64,000 nucleotides of DNA. It comes from an uncultured delta proteobacterium (lineage in GTDB: Bacteria > Myxococcota_A > Polyangia > Polyangiales > Polyangiaceae). Within the stretch, counting starts at the first letter, position 1, and every line of letters starts with the position of its first letter. The translations under genes and the position numbers were made by a program. The DNA is taken from positions 192,001 through 256,000 of the forward strand of contig CAWKKR010000006.1 in the NCBI GenBank assembly GCA_963850305.1, written 5' to 3'. Shown here one piece after another: positions 52,141 to 62,857 of the stretch. The notes under the pieces were generated by a model, which did no database searches, was not told the origin of the DNA, and saw only the letters and a program-made list of their open reading frames with translations.

Positions 52141-52338
52141 ATGACGTGCAACGTCGAACATCGTCCATCCCTCATCTCCGACGAACGGGGACTGTCCACT
52201 GTCGAATACGTGATCCTGCTCTGCCTGATCGGCGTGGCTTCACTCGGTATCTGGAGCAGCGTCGGCTCGGACATCAAGACTCGTCTGAGCGCGGCAGAAG
52301 GGGTCTTCTCGGCGACGGTTCCAGTCCCCACGCCCTGA
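52141..52338 (+). CDS. flp: Flp pilin
   Basis: DERG/LSTVEYVILL; AGGAGG RBS. Confidence 0.85.
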   Translation: MTCNVEHRPSLISDERGLSTVEYVILLCLIGVASLGIWSSVGSDIKTRLSAAEGVFSATVPVPTP

Positions 52339-52883
52339 TGACATCGATGGCGCTCGCAACACTCGCCGCGGGAGTCGGGATCGTCTCCGCAGTCACGGAC
52401 GCCAGGACTGGCCGCATTCCCGATGCCGTCACCGTGCCAGCCGCCCTCGCGGGTCTCGCGCTACGGGCCTGCGAGGGCAGTGGCCATGTACCCGACGGAG
52501 TCGCTGGCTTCATCATGGTCGCCACGCCGCCCTGGCTTCTCTATCGTACGACGAAGGGACGCGGCATCGGGGGGGGTGACGTGAAACTGTTCGCGGCGCT
52601 GGGAGCCATCGTGGGCGTTGCTCGCGGTCTCGAAATGGAGGTCTCGGCGGTGCTGCTGCTCGGTGTGTTCGCTCTGGTGCGGCTCGCCTTCGTCGGGCGT
52701 CTCTGGCAAGTCACGAAGAGCGCGGCTCGATTAGCAGCGAACCCGTTCTTGCCCGCGCGTCTTCGCATCGAAGTAACGCCAGAAGCGCTGACGGAGATGC
52801 GCATGGGGCCGGCGATTGCCGTTGCTGTCGTCACGACACTCGTCATGGAGCGTGCAGCAGCGTGGGTGCAGTGGCTCGTCTGA
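52338..52883 (+). CDS. cpaA: A24 prepilin peptidase (CpaA/TadV)
   Basis: TD....RIP, GGGDVKL. Confidence 0.9.
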   Translation: MTSMALATLAAGVGIVSAVTDARTGRIPDAVTVPAALAGLALRACEGSGHVPDGVAGFIMVATPPWLLYRTTKGRGIGGGDVKLFAALGAIVGVARGLEMEVSAVLLLGVFALVRLAFVGRLWQVTKSAARLAANPFLPARLRIEVTPEALTEMRMGPAIAVAVVTTLVMERAAAWVQWLV

Positions 52884-53701
52884 CGCGCCGAGTTGCCTTC
52901 GCTCGGGACGCCCGGGGCGTCGTGTACGTCGAGTTCCTGATCGCGTTTCCACCGCTGTTCTGCCTATTTCTCGGCATATGCCAGCTCTCGCTCGTGACAA
53001 TGGCGCGCCTGATCGTGCGGCACGCCGCATATTCCGCGGCCCGCTCCGCGATCGTCGTGCTGGACGAGGCGCCCGCGGGTTATGACGGCGCGCCCCGGGG
53101 CTCCTTGTCGAAAGGGAGCGGCAGTACAGACGAAATGGTGGGGCGTCTCTTTGCGGACGTCATGGACGACGCCTCCTCGGTCCTCGGCAAAGTCGCGTCC
53201 GCAACGGTTGGGAGCGGCGTGGAATCCACCGCGCCGCAGGCCGGGGCGCGAATGGCTCCCATCCGCACCGCGGCGTACGCGCCGCTCCTCGTCCTGGCGC
53301 CGAGTCGGCGTCTCGTCTCGAAGAACGCCGAGGGCTCCCTGCTCGACAGCCTTGGCGGCGGACTCGCTCAACTTGCATTCGGCCTGGACTACACGCGCGC
53401 CGCCTCCGCCGTGACGATTCAGGCCGGGCCGGGAAGCGACACTCTCGTAACGGAGCCCGTCGGTCGCGCGGATGCCGTCACCGTCCGCGTCACGTACCTG
53501 TTCGCATGCACGGTGCCGCTCGTCCGCACTCTCCTGTGCCCGTCCGTGCTCGCGTCTTCATCGAGCGCGGGCGCCGCGACATCCTCCGCCGCACTGAAGT
53601 ACGCGGAATCGAACGACCTGGCTCAACTGGTAGACCCGTCGACCCGATTCGTCGCCATCACAGCCGAGGCCACGTTGCCGAATCAAGGGGCAGGTTATTG
53701 A
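52862..53701 (+). CDS. TadE-like pseudopilin
   Basis: RG/VVYVEFLI..P, AA..AAR. Confidence 0.8.
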   Translation: MGAVARLTRRVAFARDARGVVYVEFLIAFPPLFCLFLGICQLSLVTMARLIVRHAAYSAARSAIVVLDEAPAGYDGAPRGSLSKGSGSTDEMVGRLFADVMDDASSVLGKVASATVGSGVESTAPQAGARMAPIRTAAYAPLLVLAPSRRLVSKNAEGSLLDSLGGGLAQLAFGLDYTRAASAVTIQAGPGSDTLVTEPVGRADAVTVRVTYLFACTVPLVRTLLCPSVLASSSSAGAATSSAALKYAESNDLAQLVDPSTRFVAITAEATLPNQGAGY

Positions 53702-55492
53702 ACGAGGGAGAATTCAGCACGGTCGCGCCCGTTCGAGCCGACGACCGCGGCGCGATCATGGTCATGGCGTTGCTGTTCGCCGTCTTCACGCTTTCGCTGG
53801 TGTACGCGGTGCTCGGTATCGCCGCCGCCATCCAGTTTCGCGAACGGATGCAGGACGCCGCGGACGCGACGGCCCTGTCCGGCGCCATCGCCGAGGCGCG
53901 CACCATGAACTTTCTGGTGCTTCTCAACATCGTGATGGCCGCTCTGCTCGCGATCCTGGTCACGATCAAGTTGCTGGAAGGGCTCGCCATCGTCGGTATG
54001 GCCGTGGCGAGCGCGATTGCGTGGTTCACGGCCGGAGCGTCGCTCGTCGCGATCCCGCCCCTGAACGCGATCAAGACTCGAAATGGAGTCGCTCTACGAC
54101 GCCACGCGGCCGCCCGTGTACACCGCGCTCGAAGCCCTTCATACCGTCGCCGACACGGTGACCGACGTTGGCCCGCTGACAGCGGCGGCAGTGGCGGAAG
54201 ATCACGTCGTTTCGTTCGAATCGGCGCCGGTCAAGCTCGGGGTTGCCGTTCCATCGACCACGTCGCTCCCCGTCTCGGACGACACGTTCCCGGAACTCTG
54301 CGGCAAGGCCGGCGCCATGCCCATCGGGATCGCCATGGGCGTCCTCGAACCGCTCGGGCTTGGTGCCGTCCTCGGGCCCCTCAAGGGCGCGATGAGCGAC
54401 CTTACTTCGTCGCTGTCGGCTTGGTTCTGCGGAAACGGCGTACCGGCCCCGAGCTACCAGTATTCGACGGACCCAGTGTACCCCAAGATGGGAACCGGCT
54501 GCGATCCCGTTCCGCAGAACGCATCGAGTTCGACTGCGCCACCAACGACGTCCGCGTGCGACGAGAGCCAGACGATCGAACAGCAGTCCGAGCCGGACCC
54601 CACCACTGGCAACTGCAAGCCCGGGGCGGATTGCTCTCTCACGGGCCCGTACGAGCAGCGCATTGCGGCGGCGCGGGTCGACTGCGATCCAACATCGTCG
54701 CCAGCGCCAACGGATTATTGGTACCAGGAACGTTCGGGCGTCGTGACGTACACACGAACGACTGCTGGGTGGGTGCGGGGCCCGCCGCAGTACGAGGCCC
54801 CTTCGGAACTGGAATCGGAGGCTCCGCCGTGCGGCCCAGCCTCGGTGCATCCCAGTGTCGCCACCACATACAACGTGGTCGTGCGTCGAACTAACGACGT
54901 CAACGACGTGCTGCCGGTTTGCTCCGACGAACAAGCCCCGGCATCGGACTACGTTCGTGATGGCACCGAGGCGCAAGTCCGGTTCACCGAGGTATCGCAG
55001 ATCCTTGCATGCAAGAAGCACCAGGTCGCAACCGTGAACGTCGCGATCGGCTCGAAGAACGGCGCGTTCGGAGGCGGCAAGAGTGAAGAAGCATCGCGCG
55101 TCCCCAAGAAGGTCGACAAGGGCGTATCGCTCGGCGACGAGCAGTTTCAGGTGCGCGCATTCGCGCATGGCGACGTATCGGCGCTGGATCCGGCCGACGT
55201 AGTCGCGCGCCTGTCTTCCTGGGGTCGCGTCGGCAAAGATGGAACTCTGTCGAGGACGCGAGACCTCGGCGGCAACGCAGTCGCCGAGGCCGAATACTTC
55301 TACGACGGCGCCGACGGGCGAGACGCGTGGATGTGGAACATGAAGTGGCGTGCGCGTCTCGTGCGGTTCCAGTTACCGATCGGAGCCGGCACGGACGCCC
55401 TGACCAAGGCGTGCGCCTCGGTTCTTGGCAAGGACGTTTGTCGAGATTTGGTAGCGGTCGCGTCGTCGGTCGCCGATGTCAGCGTCCACTGA
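53698..55492 (+). CDS. Large TadG-like Cys-rich protein (frameshift near 54075)
   Basis: DDRGAI, MQ.AADA.ALSGA; Cys-rich continuation in the 54083 frame. Confidence 0.75.
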
Positions 55493-55501
55493 GGAGCCAT
55501 C

Positions 55502-56035
55502 ATGCGCGCCAAGCATCTTCGACCGACCCTCCTCACCGGAAGAAAGCGTCTGCGCGGCGTTGCGAGCGTCGAGGCCGTCATCGCCCTCCCGGTGTTCGTG
55601 ATTCTCTTCGTCGGTATCGTTTACCTGGGGAAGCGTGCAACTGTGCGCTTCGACGTCGAACAGCAGGCAAGAAACTGTGCTTTCCGCTACTCCGCCAACA
55701 ACTGCGGCACCGTCCCGTCCGATTGCATCGGTATCGTGTCCATCGGAACGACGTCGGGCTCGGACGCGGTCGAACGCGCCCTTGCGGGAGGTACCAGCAA
55801 GCTCGGCACGGTCGGCTCGACAATCGGGGACGTCATTGACGCCATCCTGACGCGCGGCCTCGAAGTGCTGGAGGGCCGCACTCTGCTGGCGACCGCGACA
55901 ACCAACGTGGCGCGCCCTCCGCTGTTTGGCGGAAAATCCGTAACCATCGGGCGAGAGTACGCCTTGCCCTGCAACCTGACTCCAGAAGACCCGGAAAGCG
56001 TGGCGAAGGATGCCTGGCACATTTTCAAGCCGTGA
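55502..56035 (+). CDS. TadE-like pseudopilin
   Basis: RG/VASVEAVIALP. Confidence 0.8.
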   Translation: MRAKHLRPTLLTGRKRLRGVASVEAVIALPVFVILFVGIVYLGKRATVRFDVEQQARNCAFRYSANNCGTVPSDCIGIVSIGTTSGSDAVERALAGGTSKLGTVGSTIGDVIDAILTRGLEVLEGRTLLATATTNVARPPLFGGKSVTIGREYALPCNLTPEDPESVAKDAWHIFKP

Positions 56036-56930
56036 CGAGGGGACTGGCGGAACACTTTTTGGAGCCTTGCGTGCGCTGGGGGTCATACTCGTCATCTTTA
56101 CGGTGCTCGCGGCGTATGGGGTCCGCGCTGCGGAAGCGCGCGGCGCGGAGGCGGCGCGGGACTTCGGTGAGGAACTGCTGGCCTGGCCTGGTGCGCACTT
56201 CGACGGCGCGGCCAGGGCACTCTCGCTGAACGGGCTGGTCTTGCACCTGGCGACCACGAGCACGCCCCTGCCGGTCGCGGAGGCCCTAGCCCGGTTCGCC
56301 ACGGTTTGCTCGGCGCACGGCGGCGTCGATGTTCAATCTGTGCTCAGTGCGTCGCCCGGCAAGCGAAATGGAGCGCCCCTCGGTCTTGGCATCTACTCGA
56401 CGGCCTCTGCATCTACCGGCATCCTCGGATGCATCGACAGCGGGCGTCCGCTCGGGGCTCGCGAGCTAGCTGCTCGCCTTGGTCTCATGCTGAGGTCAGG
56501 TGACCTCTCGCAACTCGGGAATCTCCGCTACGTCCTCGCTCGCCGCTCGGCCCAATCCACCTCCCTGCTGGTGATCTGGACGGAAGGACCTGCAGCGTTG
56601 TTCCGATCGTTTCCCGCAACGGGAGACGCGCCGGGTCGGGATCCAATCGGCATTGCTCGTCCCCGGAATTCGCGCCGGATTCTGTCCGCCGCGGAGAGAG
56701 AAACGCCGTACGCGATCACGGTCTACTCCACGACTGCTCAAGGCGTTCGCGACGCCTCAAATGCGTACCAACAAGCTCTCGAGTCCGGCGGCTGGACTTT
56801 GAAGGCGGTCGGCACGGACGGCGCCGTGCTGGCGATTCGCGGCGCGAGGTCAATCGTCGTACGAACCCTTCGAGTGAGTTCGGGGGCGATCCTGATTGCT
56901 ATCGTGGAACTCTCGAGCGCTAGCAACTGA
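56010..56930 (+). CDS. Hypothetical membrane-anchored protein in the Tad operon
   Basis: N-terminal TM; fills the operon gap on the same strand. Confidence 0.65.
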   Translation: MPGTFSSRDEGTGGTLFGALRALGVILVIFTVLAAYGVRAAEARGAEAARDFGEELLAWPGAHFDGAARALSLNGLVLHLATTSTPLPVAEALARFATVCSAHGGVDVQSVLSASPGKRNGAPLGLGIYSTASASTGILGCIDSGRPLGARELAARLGLMLRSGDLSQLGNLRYVLARRSAQSTSLLVIWTEGPAALFRSFPATGDAPGRDPIGIARPRNSRRILSAAERETPYAITVYSTTAQGVRDASNAYQQALESGGWTLKAVGTDGAVLAIRGARSIVVRTLRVSSGAILIAIVELSSASN

Positions 56931-56956
56931 CGAGTCGAAGCGTCCGAACGGTACGA

Positions 56957-57763
56957 GTGCACGCCGCCGAAAGACCGAGGGTTCTCGTACCGCCAGCAAC
57001 CAAACCGGCGCTGGTCATTTCACTCATCGCTGCGATGGGCGCAGGAGGCCTGGCCCATCTCTATTTCATGCGCCTCGAGGCCGAGGTCTCGGGAGGGGCC
57101 AAAATCCCGATTTTGATCGCAGCCGAGGATGTCCCAGCTGGGGGGTTGCTCACGGAAAGTGCGCTCGCGGTTCGCGAAATTCCGCGAGCGTATGTCGAAG
57201 GAAGGAGCGTACCGTCAGTGGAGCTGAAGAACGTGCTCGGCGCCCATGTCGCTTCCGGTCTTCGCGCCGGCGAGACGTTGCTGTGGACCGATCTCTCGAA
57301 GTTCAGCGGTCGTGCGCGCGTGCTATCCGGGCTCGTGGATGGTGGAATGCGTGGCGTGGCCATCGACGGTCGCGACGCGGATTTCGACGGCCTGCTACGT
57401 CCGGGCGATCGCGTCGACGTCCTCTGTACGACCGGGGACGGTGCCGAATCACCGGGCGCGACAGTGACGTTACTGCAGAACATACTCGTGCTCTCCGTCG
57501 GTGGGAGCATCGATCGCGCGAACAAAACCGACAATGCGCGCTGGCGAGCCGGAGTGGTCCTGGGGGCCACGGTCGAGCAAGCGCAGCTTTTGACCCAGGC
57601 AGAGCAGCGCGGACACCTCTCGCTGACCTTGCGCAACCAGGACGACATTGCCGTCGTGGATGGTCTAGGAGAGTCGACCGCGAAAGACGTACTGCCGAGC
57701 GAAGCGACGCCGCTTTCGCCATCGAATGGCCTCCGGGCTCGGGGAATCGACCGTGTTCGGTAG
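56957..57763 (+). CDS. cpaB: Flp pilus assembly protein CpaB/RcpC
   Basis: SAF domain, GMR.VAI, L.PGDRVDV, LLQN..VL, L.LRN..D. Confidence 0.9.
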   Translation: MHAAERPRVLVPPATKPALVISLIAAMGAGGLAHLYFMRLEAEVSGGAKIPILIAAEDVPAGGLLTESALAVREIPRAYVEGRSVPSVELKNVLGAHVASGLRAGETLLWTDLSKFSGRARVLSGLVDGGMRGVAIDGRDADFDGLLRPGDRVDVLCTTGDGAESPGATVTLLQNILVLSVGGSIDRANKTDNARWRAGVVLGATVEQAQLLTQAEQRGHLSLTLRNQDDIAVVDGLGESTAKDVLPSEATPLSPSNGLRARGIDRVR

Positions 57764-58910
57764 GCCGAAGGCAGTAATTCAGGTCGCCCTCGCGGCCTGG
57801 CTAATGGCAACGCCCGCCTTCGCGCAAGGTGGGTCGAGCCCAACTCGCGAGATACCGGACGGCTCCTCGGAGGAGAACATAGCCCTTCAGATCGGCGAAC
57901 AGCGGGTCATCTCGGGCGAGGAGGTGCGGAGCTATTCGGAGGGAGCGCCAGGCATCGTCGATGTTCGTTTGACAAAAGACGCTTCGGAGTTCGTCGTCGT
58001 GGCGCTCGCGCCCGGCACCACGACACTGCTCTTCATCATGGTGGATGGAGGTGAGCGCCGCTACCGATTCACCGTCACCGATCCGCGAGGAGCCAAGGCC
58101 GAGGGCAGCGGGCCCGAAGTGGTGGAAGCGCGTGACAACGTTCGGCTCGACTTCTACTTCGTTCAGCTGAGCCGGAGCCATACGCGACAACTCGGACTGG
58201 CGTTTCCCGCGTCGATCGCCTCGACGTTTTCCGGCACGTATGATCTCGCGGCAGGCGCGCTGGACAGTGCCACCGCAGTCATCACGGACCAGGCGCTCCC
58301 ACGCCTGGACATGGCGGAGTCGGCCGGCTTCGCAAAGGTCCTCCGCAAGGCGGCCGTGGTCACCGCCAACGGGGAGAAAGCGTCATTTTCTGGTGGCGGA
58401 GAGGTTAACATTGCCGTCCAGACGGCCCTCACGAGCGCGATTCACAAGATCCCGTTCGGCTCGGTCATCGATGTCGAGCCGCACTACGACTCGCGTAGCG
58501 GACGGATCGAACTCAAGCTTCACGCCGACATTTCCGAACTCACGGACGACGGCGGCTCTGGGGTACCTGGGCGCACGACCTCGGCGCTCGACACGGTCGT
58601 CAACATCGAACTGGGGCAGTCGCTCATCCTCGCGGGATTGACGGAAAAAGACGAGCGGGGTTCGAGAGCAGGTGTCCCGGGCTTGAGCCAGATCCCCATC
58701 CTGGGCTTGCTGTTCGGGACCCACGGACACACCGAGGATGAATCCGAGAACATCGTCGTCATCGTGCCTTCGGTCGTCGACGCGGTGTCGATGGAAGACA
58801 AGCAACGCCTCGATGCGGCTTTGCAGCAATACTCGGAATTCAGCGGCGACATCGACGCCGTGAAGTTCGTTCCCGAGCCGAACGCCGGAGAACGTCGGAG
58901 GGCTCCGTGA
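57753..58910 (+). CDS. cpaC: Secretin CpaC/RcpA-like
   Basis: G.T.L N-domain, GEKASF..GGE, GQSL.LAGL, VPGL..IPILG.LF. Confidence 0.85.
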   Translation: MFGRPKAVIQVALAAWLMATPAFAQGGSSPTREIPDGSSEENIALQIGEQRVISGEEVRSYSEGAPGIVDVRLTKDASEFVVVALAPGTTTLLFIMVDGGERRYRFTVTDPRGAKAEGSGPEVVEARDNVRLDFYFVQLSRSHTRQLGLAFPASIASTFSGTYDLAAGALDSATAVITDQALPRLDMAESAGFAKVLRKAAVVTANGEKASFSGGGEVNIAVQTALTSAIHKIPFGSVIDVEPHYDSRSGRIELKLHADISELTDDGGSGVPGRTTSALDTVVNIELGQSLILAGLTEKDERGSRAGVPGLSQIPILGLLFGTHGHTEDESENIVVIVPSVVDAVSMEDKQRLDAALQQYSEFSGDIDAVKFVPEPNAGERRRAP

Positions 58911-60505
58911 ACGTCACGACCTTCAGGTTCGAGGTTTCTTCCGCAAGCGACCAGCGGGAGCTGACACTGGACACCGTTGGCGTGATCTGGATTGGCCGAG
59001 AAGCGGGCGCCGACCTGCTCCTCGCCGCTTCGAACGTGTCGAGACGCCATGTGTCCGTCGAGAGAGTGGCCTCCGGCCTTCGGGTCGTCGACGCTTCAGC
59101 CAACGGGACCGTCGTAAACGGCAAACTCCTGCACGGCGACGCAAGGATCCTCCCGGACGTCTCGGCGACGCTTCGCGTTGGGACCTTTCGCGTCCGCGTC
59201 TGGATTGCCGAGTCCCTGAACCCCGCGCCCGTCGAGGCCCCGAAAGCGTCGCTCGAGTTGCGGCGACGGATTCGTCGGGCGCTCATCGACGAGCTCGATC
59301 TTCCCGCACTGGATCGCTCGAAGATGAGCGCGGCAGAGCTCCGGCCCCGAGTCGAAGCGGGACTCGAGCGGATCCTGTCCACGCACATCGCTGACTTGCC
59401 GGACGCCGGCATTCGTCGCGTGCTCGTCCAGGAACTGGCCGACGAGGCGCTCGGACTCGGGCCGCTCGAGCGACTCCTCGCAGATACCAGCGTCAGCGAA
59501 ATCATGGTCGTCGACGCACGTACGATCTTCGCTGAGCGCGCGGGAAAGCTCGAACTCACTGGTCTTCAGTTCACGGATGATGATGCCGTCCGCGCGGTGA
59601 TCGAGCGCGTCGTGACTCCTCTCGGTCGGCGCATCGACGAATCCACGCCGCTCGTGGACGCGCGGTTGGGCGATGGTTCGCGGGTCAACGCCGTGATCCC
59701 TCCGCTCGCGCTGCGCGGGCCGTGCATCACGATCCGCAAGTTCTCGACGACCGCGCTCGGATTTTCGGATCTGGTGGGCCAGGGGTCGTTGACTGCGGAG
59801 ATGGCGCGCTTCCTGGAGCGCAGCGTGCGCGCAAAGAAGAACATCGTCATCTCCGGCGGAACTGGCAGCGGCAAGACGACGTTGCTCAATGTCCTGTCGT
59901 CCGCGATCCCAGGAGCGGAACGCATCATCACGGTGGAAGACGCAGCCGAGTTGAAGGTCTCTCAACCGCACGTGGTGTCGCTCGAAGCCAGGCCCGCCAA
60001 TCTCGAGGGAAAGGGCGAGTACACAATCCGGGACCTGGTAAAAAATGCGCTCAGGATGCGTCCGGATCGGATAGTCGTCGGCGAGTGCCGGGGAGGGGAG
60101 GCGATCGACATGCTGCAGGCGATGAACACGGGCCATGAAGGCTCGCTGACGACGACCCACGCCAATAGCCCACACGAGGCGATTTCGCGGCTCGAGACTC
60201 TGTGCCTGATGGCCGGCCTCGATCTGCCGGTGCAGGCGATCCGACGCCAGATCGCTTCCAGCATTCACCTGATCGTCCAGCAGACGCGCTTCTCGGACGG
60301 CTCCCGTCGCGTATCGAGCATCGGAGAAGTCGTTGGACTCGACCTCGACGGCGAGGTGGCGCTGCGGGAGATTTTCCAATTTCGGGCTCGACGCATGAGC
60401 GAGTCTGGAAACGTGGAGGGCGAGTTTCTCGCGAGCGGCTACTTGCCGTCGTTCCTCGATGAATTCGTCGCGCGAGGGCTCACGACCGATGGGGCCTTCC
60501 CATGA
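58907..60505 (+). CDS. cpaF: FHA-fused CpaF/TadA ATPase
   Basis: FHA (IGR, VSRRH, S.NGT.VNG), GGTGSGKT, RMRPDRIVVGECRG. Confidence 0.93.
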   Translation: MNVTTFRFEVSSASDQRELTLDTVGVIWIGREAGADLLLAASNVSRRHVSVERVASGLRVVDASANGTVVNGKLLHGDARILPDVSATLRVGTFRVRVWIAESLNPAPVEAPKASLELRRRIRRALIDELDLPALDRSKMSAAELRPRVEAGLERILSTHIADLPDAGIRRVLVQELADEALGLGPLERLLADTSVSEIMVVDARTIFAERAGKLELTGLQFTDDDAVRAVIERVVTPLGRRIDESTPLVDARLGDGSRVNAVIPPLALRGPCITIRKFSTTALGFSDLVGQGSLTAEMARFLERSVRAKKNIVISGGTGSGKTTLLNVLSSAIPGAERIITVEDAAELKVSQPHVVSLEARPANLEGKGEYTIRDLVKNALRMRPDRIVVGECRGGEAIDMLQAMNTGHEGSLTTTHANSPHEAISRLETLCLMAGLDLPVQAIRRQIASSIHLIVQQTRFSDGSRRVSSIGEVVGLDLDGEVALREIFQFRARRMSESGNVEGEFLASGYLPSFLDEFVARGLTTDGAFP

Positions 60506-61360
60506 AGCCGTCCCTCGACGTCGTAGAGTGGACCGTTACGGTCGCGATGGCGATGACGGTCGCGGCCGTCGCTAACGCCTTCTTCGGCAGCGTCGAGTCG
60601 CCCGGAACCGTCGCGCTTGCCAGGCACGTCTCGAGCCTCGACTCCCGGTTGAAATTCGTACGCTCGGCGATCTCTGGGCGCTGGATCGCGACGACACAGA
60701 TCGTCACGATCGCCGCGTGCGCAATGACGGCTGCGTCGGGCAGGTGGCCGGCACTGCCGGTAGCCGTCGCCGTGGCCATGGGGCCCACCATTTTCCCTCG
60801 AGAAGGTCGCCGCCGCCCGCATCGCAAGGCTCGACGCTCTCGTCGAGCCTTGGCTGAACGCGATTGCCAATTCCCTGAAGGCGGGCCCATCGCTCGGCGA
60901 CGCGATCGGGTCTTCCGTTGCGCTGGTCCCCGCGCCGATGAGCGAGGAACTCGACGTGCTGCTGAAGGAATGCGATCTCGGAACGCCACTCGACGAAGCA
61001 CTGGATAATCTCGCCAGGCGCGTCGGCGCGAAGACCGTGTCGGGGGCCGTGCTCGCACTGAAGGTGTCGCGCCGCAGTGGCGGGAACCTGACGGAGATGC
61101 TCGAACATACGGCAGGAGCCCTGCGCGAGCTCGTTCGGCTCGAGGGGGTGGTTCGTACGAAGACCGCGGAAGGGAAGGCCCAAGCTTTCGTGATCGGGTT
61201 CGTCCCGGTTCCGATGGTCATCGGCGCGGAGTTCATGGACCCCGGCTTTTTTCGCCCGCTCGAAACGACCTTCATCGGTAGCGCCGTCGCTGCGGCCGCG
61301 ATGGTGCTCTGGATCCTCGCGGTAGCGACGGCGCGAGGAATTCTCGCGGTGGACGTTTAG
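60502..61360 (+). CDS. tadB: TadB platform protein (+1 frameshift near 60795)
   Basis: Corrected frame LEKVAAARIARLD...SLKAG.SL, G.PL.EAL, GGNL.E.L. Confidence 0.8.
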
Positions 61361-61366
61361 GAGAGC

Positions 61367-62260
61367 ATGACGGCGAGAACCGCGGAGGTGATGGCGTCGC
61401 TTCTCTTCGGCTTGGCGACGCTCGCTCTGGCCATCGCAATTGCCGGTGTCCCTGCGGCTCGAGCCCCCGCATTCGGTCGTCGCGGTAAGGCTCGAAAACG
61501 TGCCCTCGCCAGGGGAGGCCTGTTTTCGTGTGTCGAACCGCTGATCCGGTTCATCGCGGGCCTCGTAGCCTTCGTTGCTTCGCCGGAGCGGCGAGAGAAC
61601 ATCGAGATCGAGCTCGTCCGCGCCGAACACTGGCTTGGTCTGGCGCCGGACGAGTACACGGCTCTTCGGCTGATTTCCGCTCCGATCGTCGGCGCAGTCG
61701 CCTGGTCGCTTGCGCGCGCGGGGGGGGCCAGCTGGGTATTGGCACTGCCTGGCGTAGTGCTGGGGTTCATGTTGCCAAGGCTCCATGTTCTCGAGCTCGC
61801 GCGACGCCGATCGAAGGAGATCTCGCGTGGTCTCCCTCATGCGATCGAGATCGCCGCGATGTGCCTGGACGCGGGATTGGACTTCCCCGGTGCGCTCCGG
61901 GCCCTGTCGGATTCGGCGCGCGGCCACGCGGACGCGCTCTCGCGCGAGTTTTTGCAAGTTCTGGAAGAACTCGAGCTCGGACGGACCCGCCGGCAAGCTC
62001 TTCTTGCGTTCTCCGAGCGCGTGCCGACCGAGCCCGTCCGTGAGTTCGTGATGGCGATCGTTCAAGCGGACCAGAAGGGCAATCCGCTGGCGCGGGCGAT
62101 TCGCATCCAGGGCCGATTGCTCAGCACTCGCCGCAGCGTCGCGGCAGAAGAAGCCGCAGCTCGCGCTGGAGTGTTGATGGTGATCCCACTCATGCTGCTC
62201 GTCGGGGCCGTCCTCTTGCTACTCGTGGGTCCGTTGATCGTGAAAGGTGTCGGCTTCTGA
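61367..62260 (+). CDS. tadC: TadC platform protein
   Basis: LP.AIE....CL.AGL.F, G.TR..AL, G.PLA, AEE.A. Confidence 0.85.
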   Translation: MTARTAEVMASLLFGLATLALAIAIAGVPAARAPAFGRRGKARKRALARGGLFSCVEPLIRFIAGLVAFVASPERRENIEIELVRAEHWLGLAPDEYTALRLISAPIVGAVAWSLARAGGASWVLALPGVVLGFMLPRLHVLELARRRSKEISRGLPHAIEIAAMCLDAGLDFPGALRALSDSARGHADALSREFLQVLEELELGRTRRQALLAFSERVPTEPVREFVMAIVQADQKGNPLARAIRIQGRLLSTRRSVAAEEAAARAGVLMVIPLMLLVGAVLLLLVGPLIVKGVGF

Positions 62261-62797
62261 ATGAATCGCACCGTGGAAATCGTGCTCGGAGCCGCGGTAG
62301 CAACCGCCATCGGAGTCGTTGCGATGAAACCTCCCGGCTCGAGTGACGCTGCCAGCCTGCGGCTGGAAGCGCCTCAACTTGCGGTCGTGCCTCGGGTTTG
62401 CCCGGACTCGGACGCTGCCGCTGCCGAACACCGTGGACGGGACGCCGACAGAGCCGCCGCAGCAAAAATTCAGGAATTCCAATTCGATCCGAGCGATGGA
62501 CTGGGAGCGCTCGTTCTGTTCGAGGAAGCGATCTCTTGCTTCGACAGTGCCCACCTCCGAGCGGACGCGGTTCGGGTCTCGCATGAGAGGGACGACTGGT
62601 TGGAGCATCTGAAGGACACCTACGCGTCGGCGCGGCTGCGTCTTCGAGTTGCCCTGGAGCATCGCCAGCAAGCAGAGGCCCTATCGGCCGCGGGGGACGT
62701 CGACGCGCTGCTGGGACCTGGCGACGATCCGTATCGTCACTGGCTCGCGGCTCTCCGGCAGCAACTCGAACAGAGTATCGCAAGCGGGGCGAATTGA
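62261..62797 (+). CDS. Hypothetical helical protein with N-terminal anchor
   Basis: Abuts tadC on the same strand. Confidence 0.6.
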   Translation: MNRTVEIVLGAAVATAIGVVAMKPPGSSDAASLRLEAPQLAVVPRVCPDSDAAAAEHRGRDADRAAAAKIQEFQFDPSDGLGALVLFEEAISCFDSAHLRADAVRVSHERDDWLEHLKDTYASARLRLRVALEHRQQAEALSAAGDVDALLGPGDDPYRHWLAALRQQLEQSIASGAN

Positions 62798-62857
62798 GGG
62801 CACTGGCGCGGGTCGCAAAAGCTCGCAACCCGCGGTCTCCAGTGCCGATAGGTCGTC

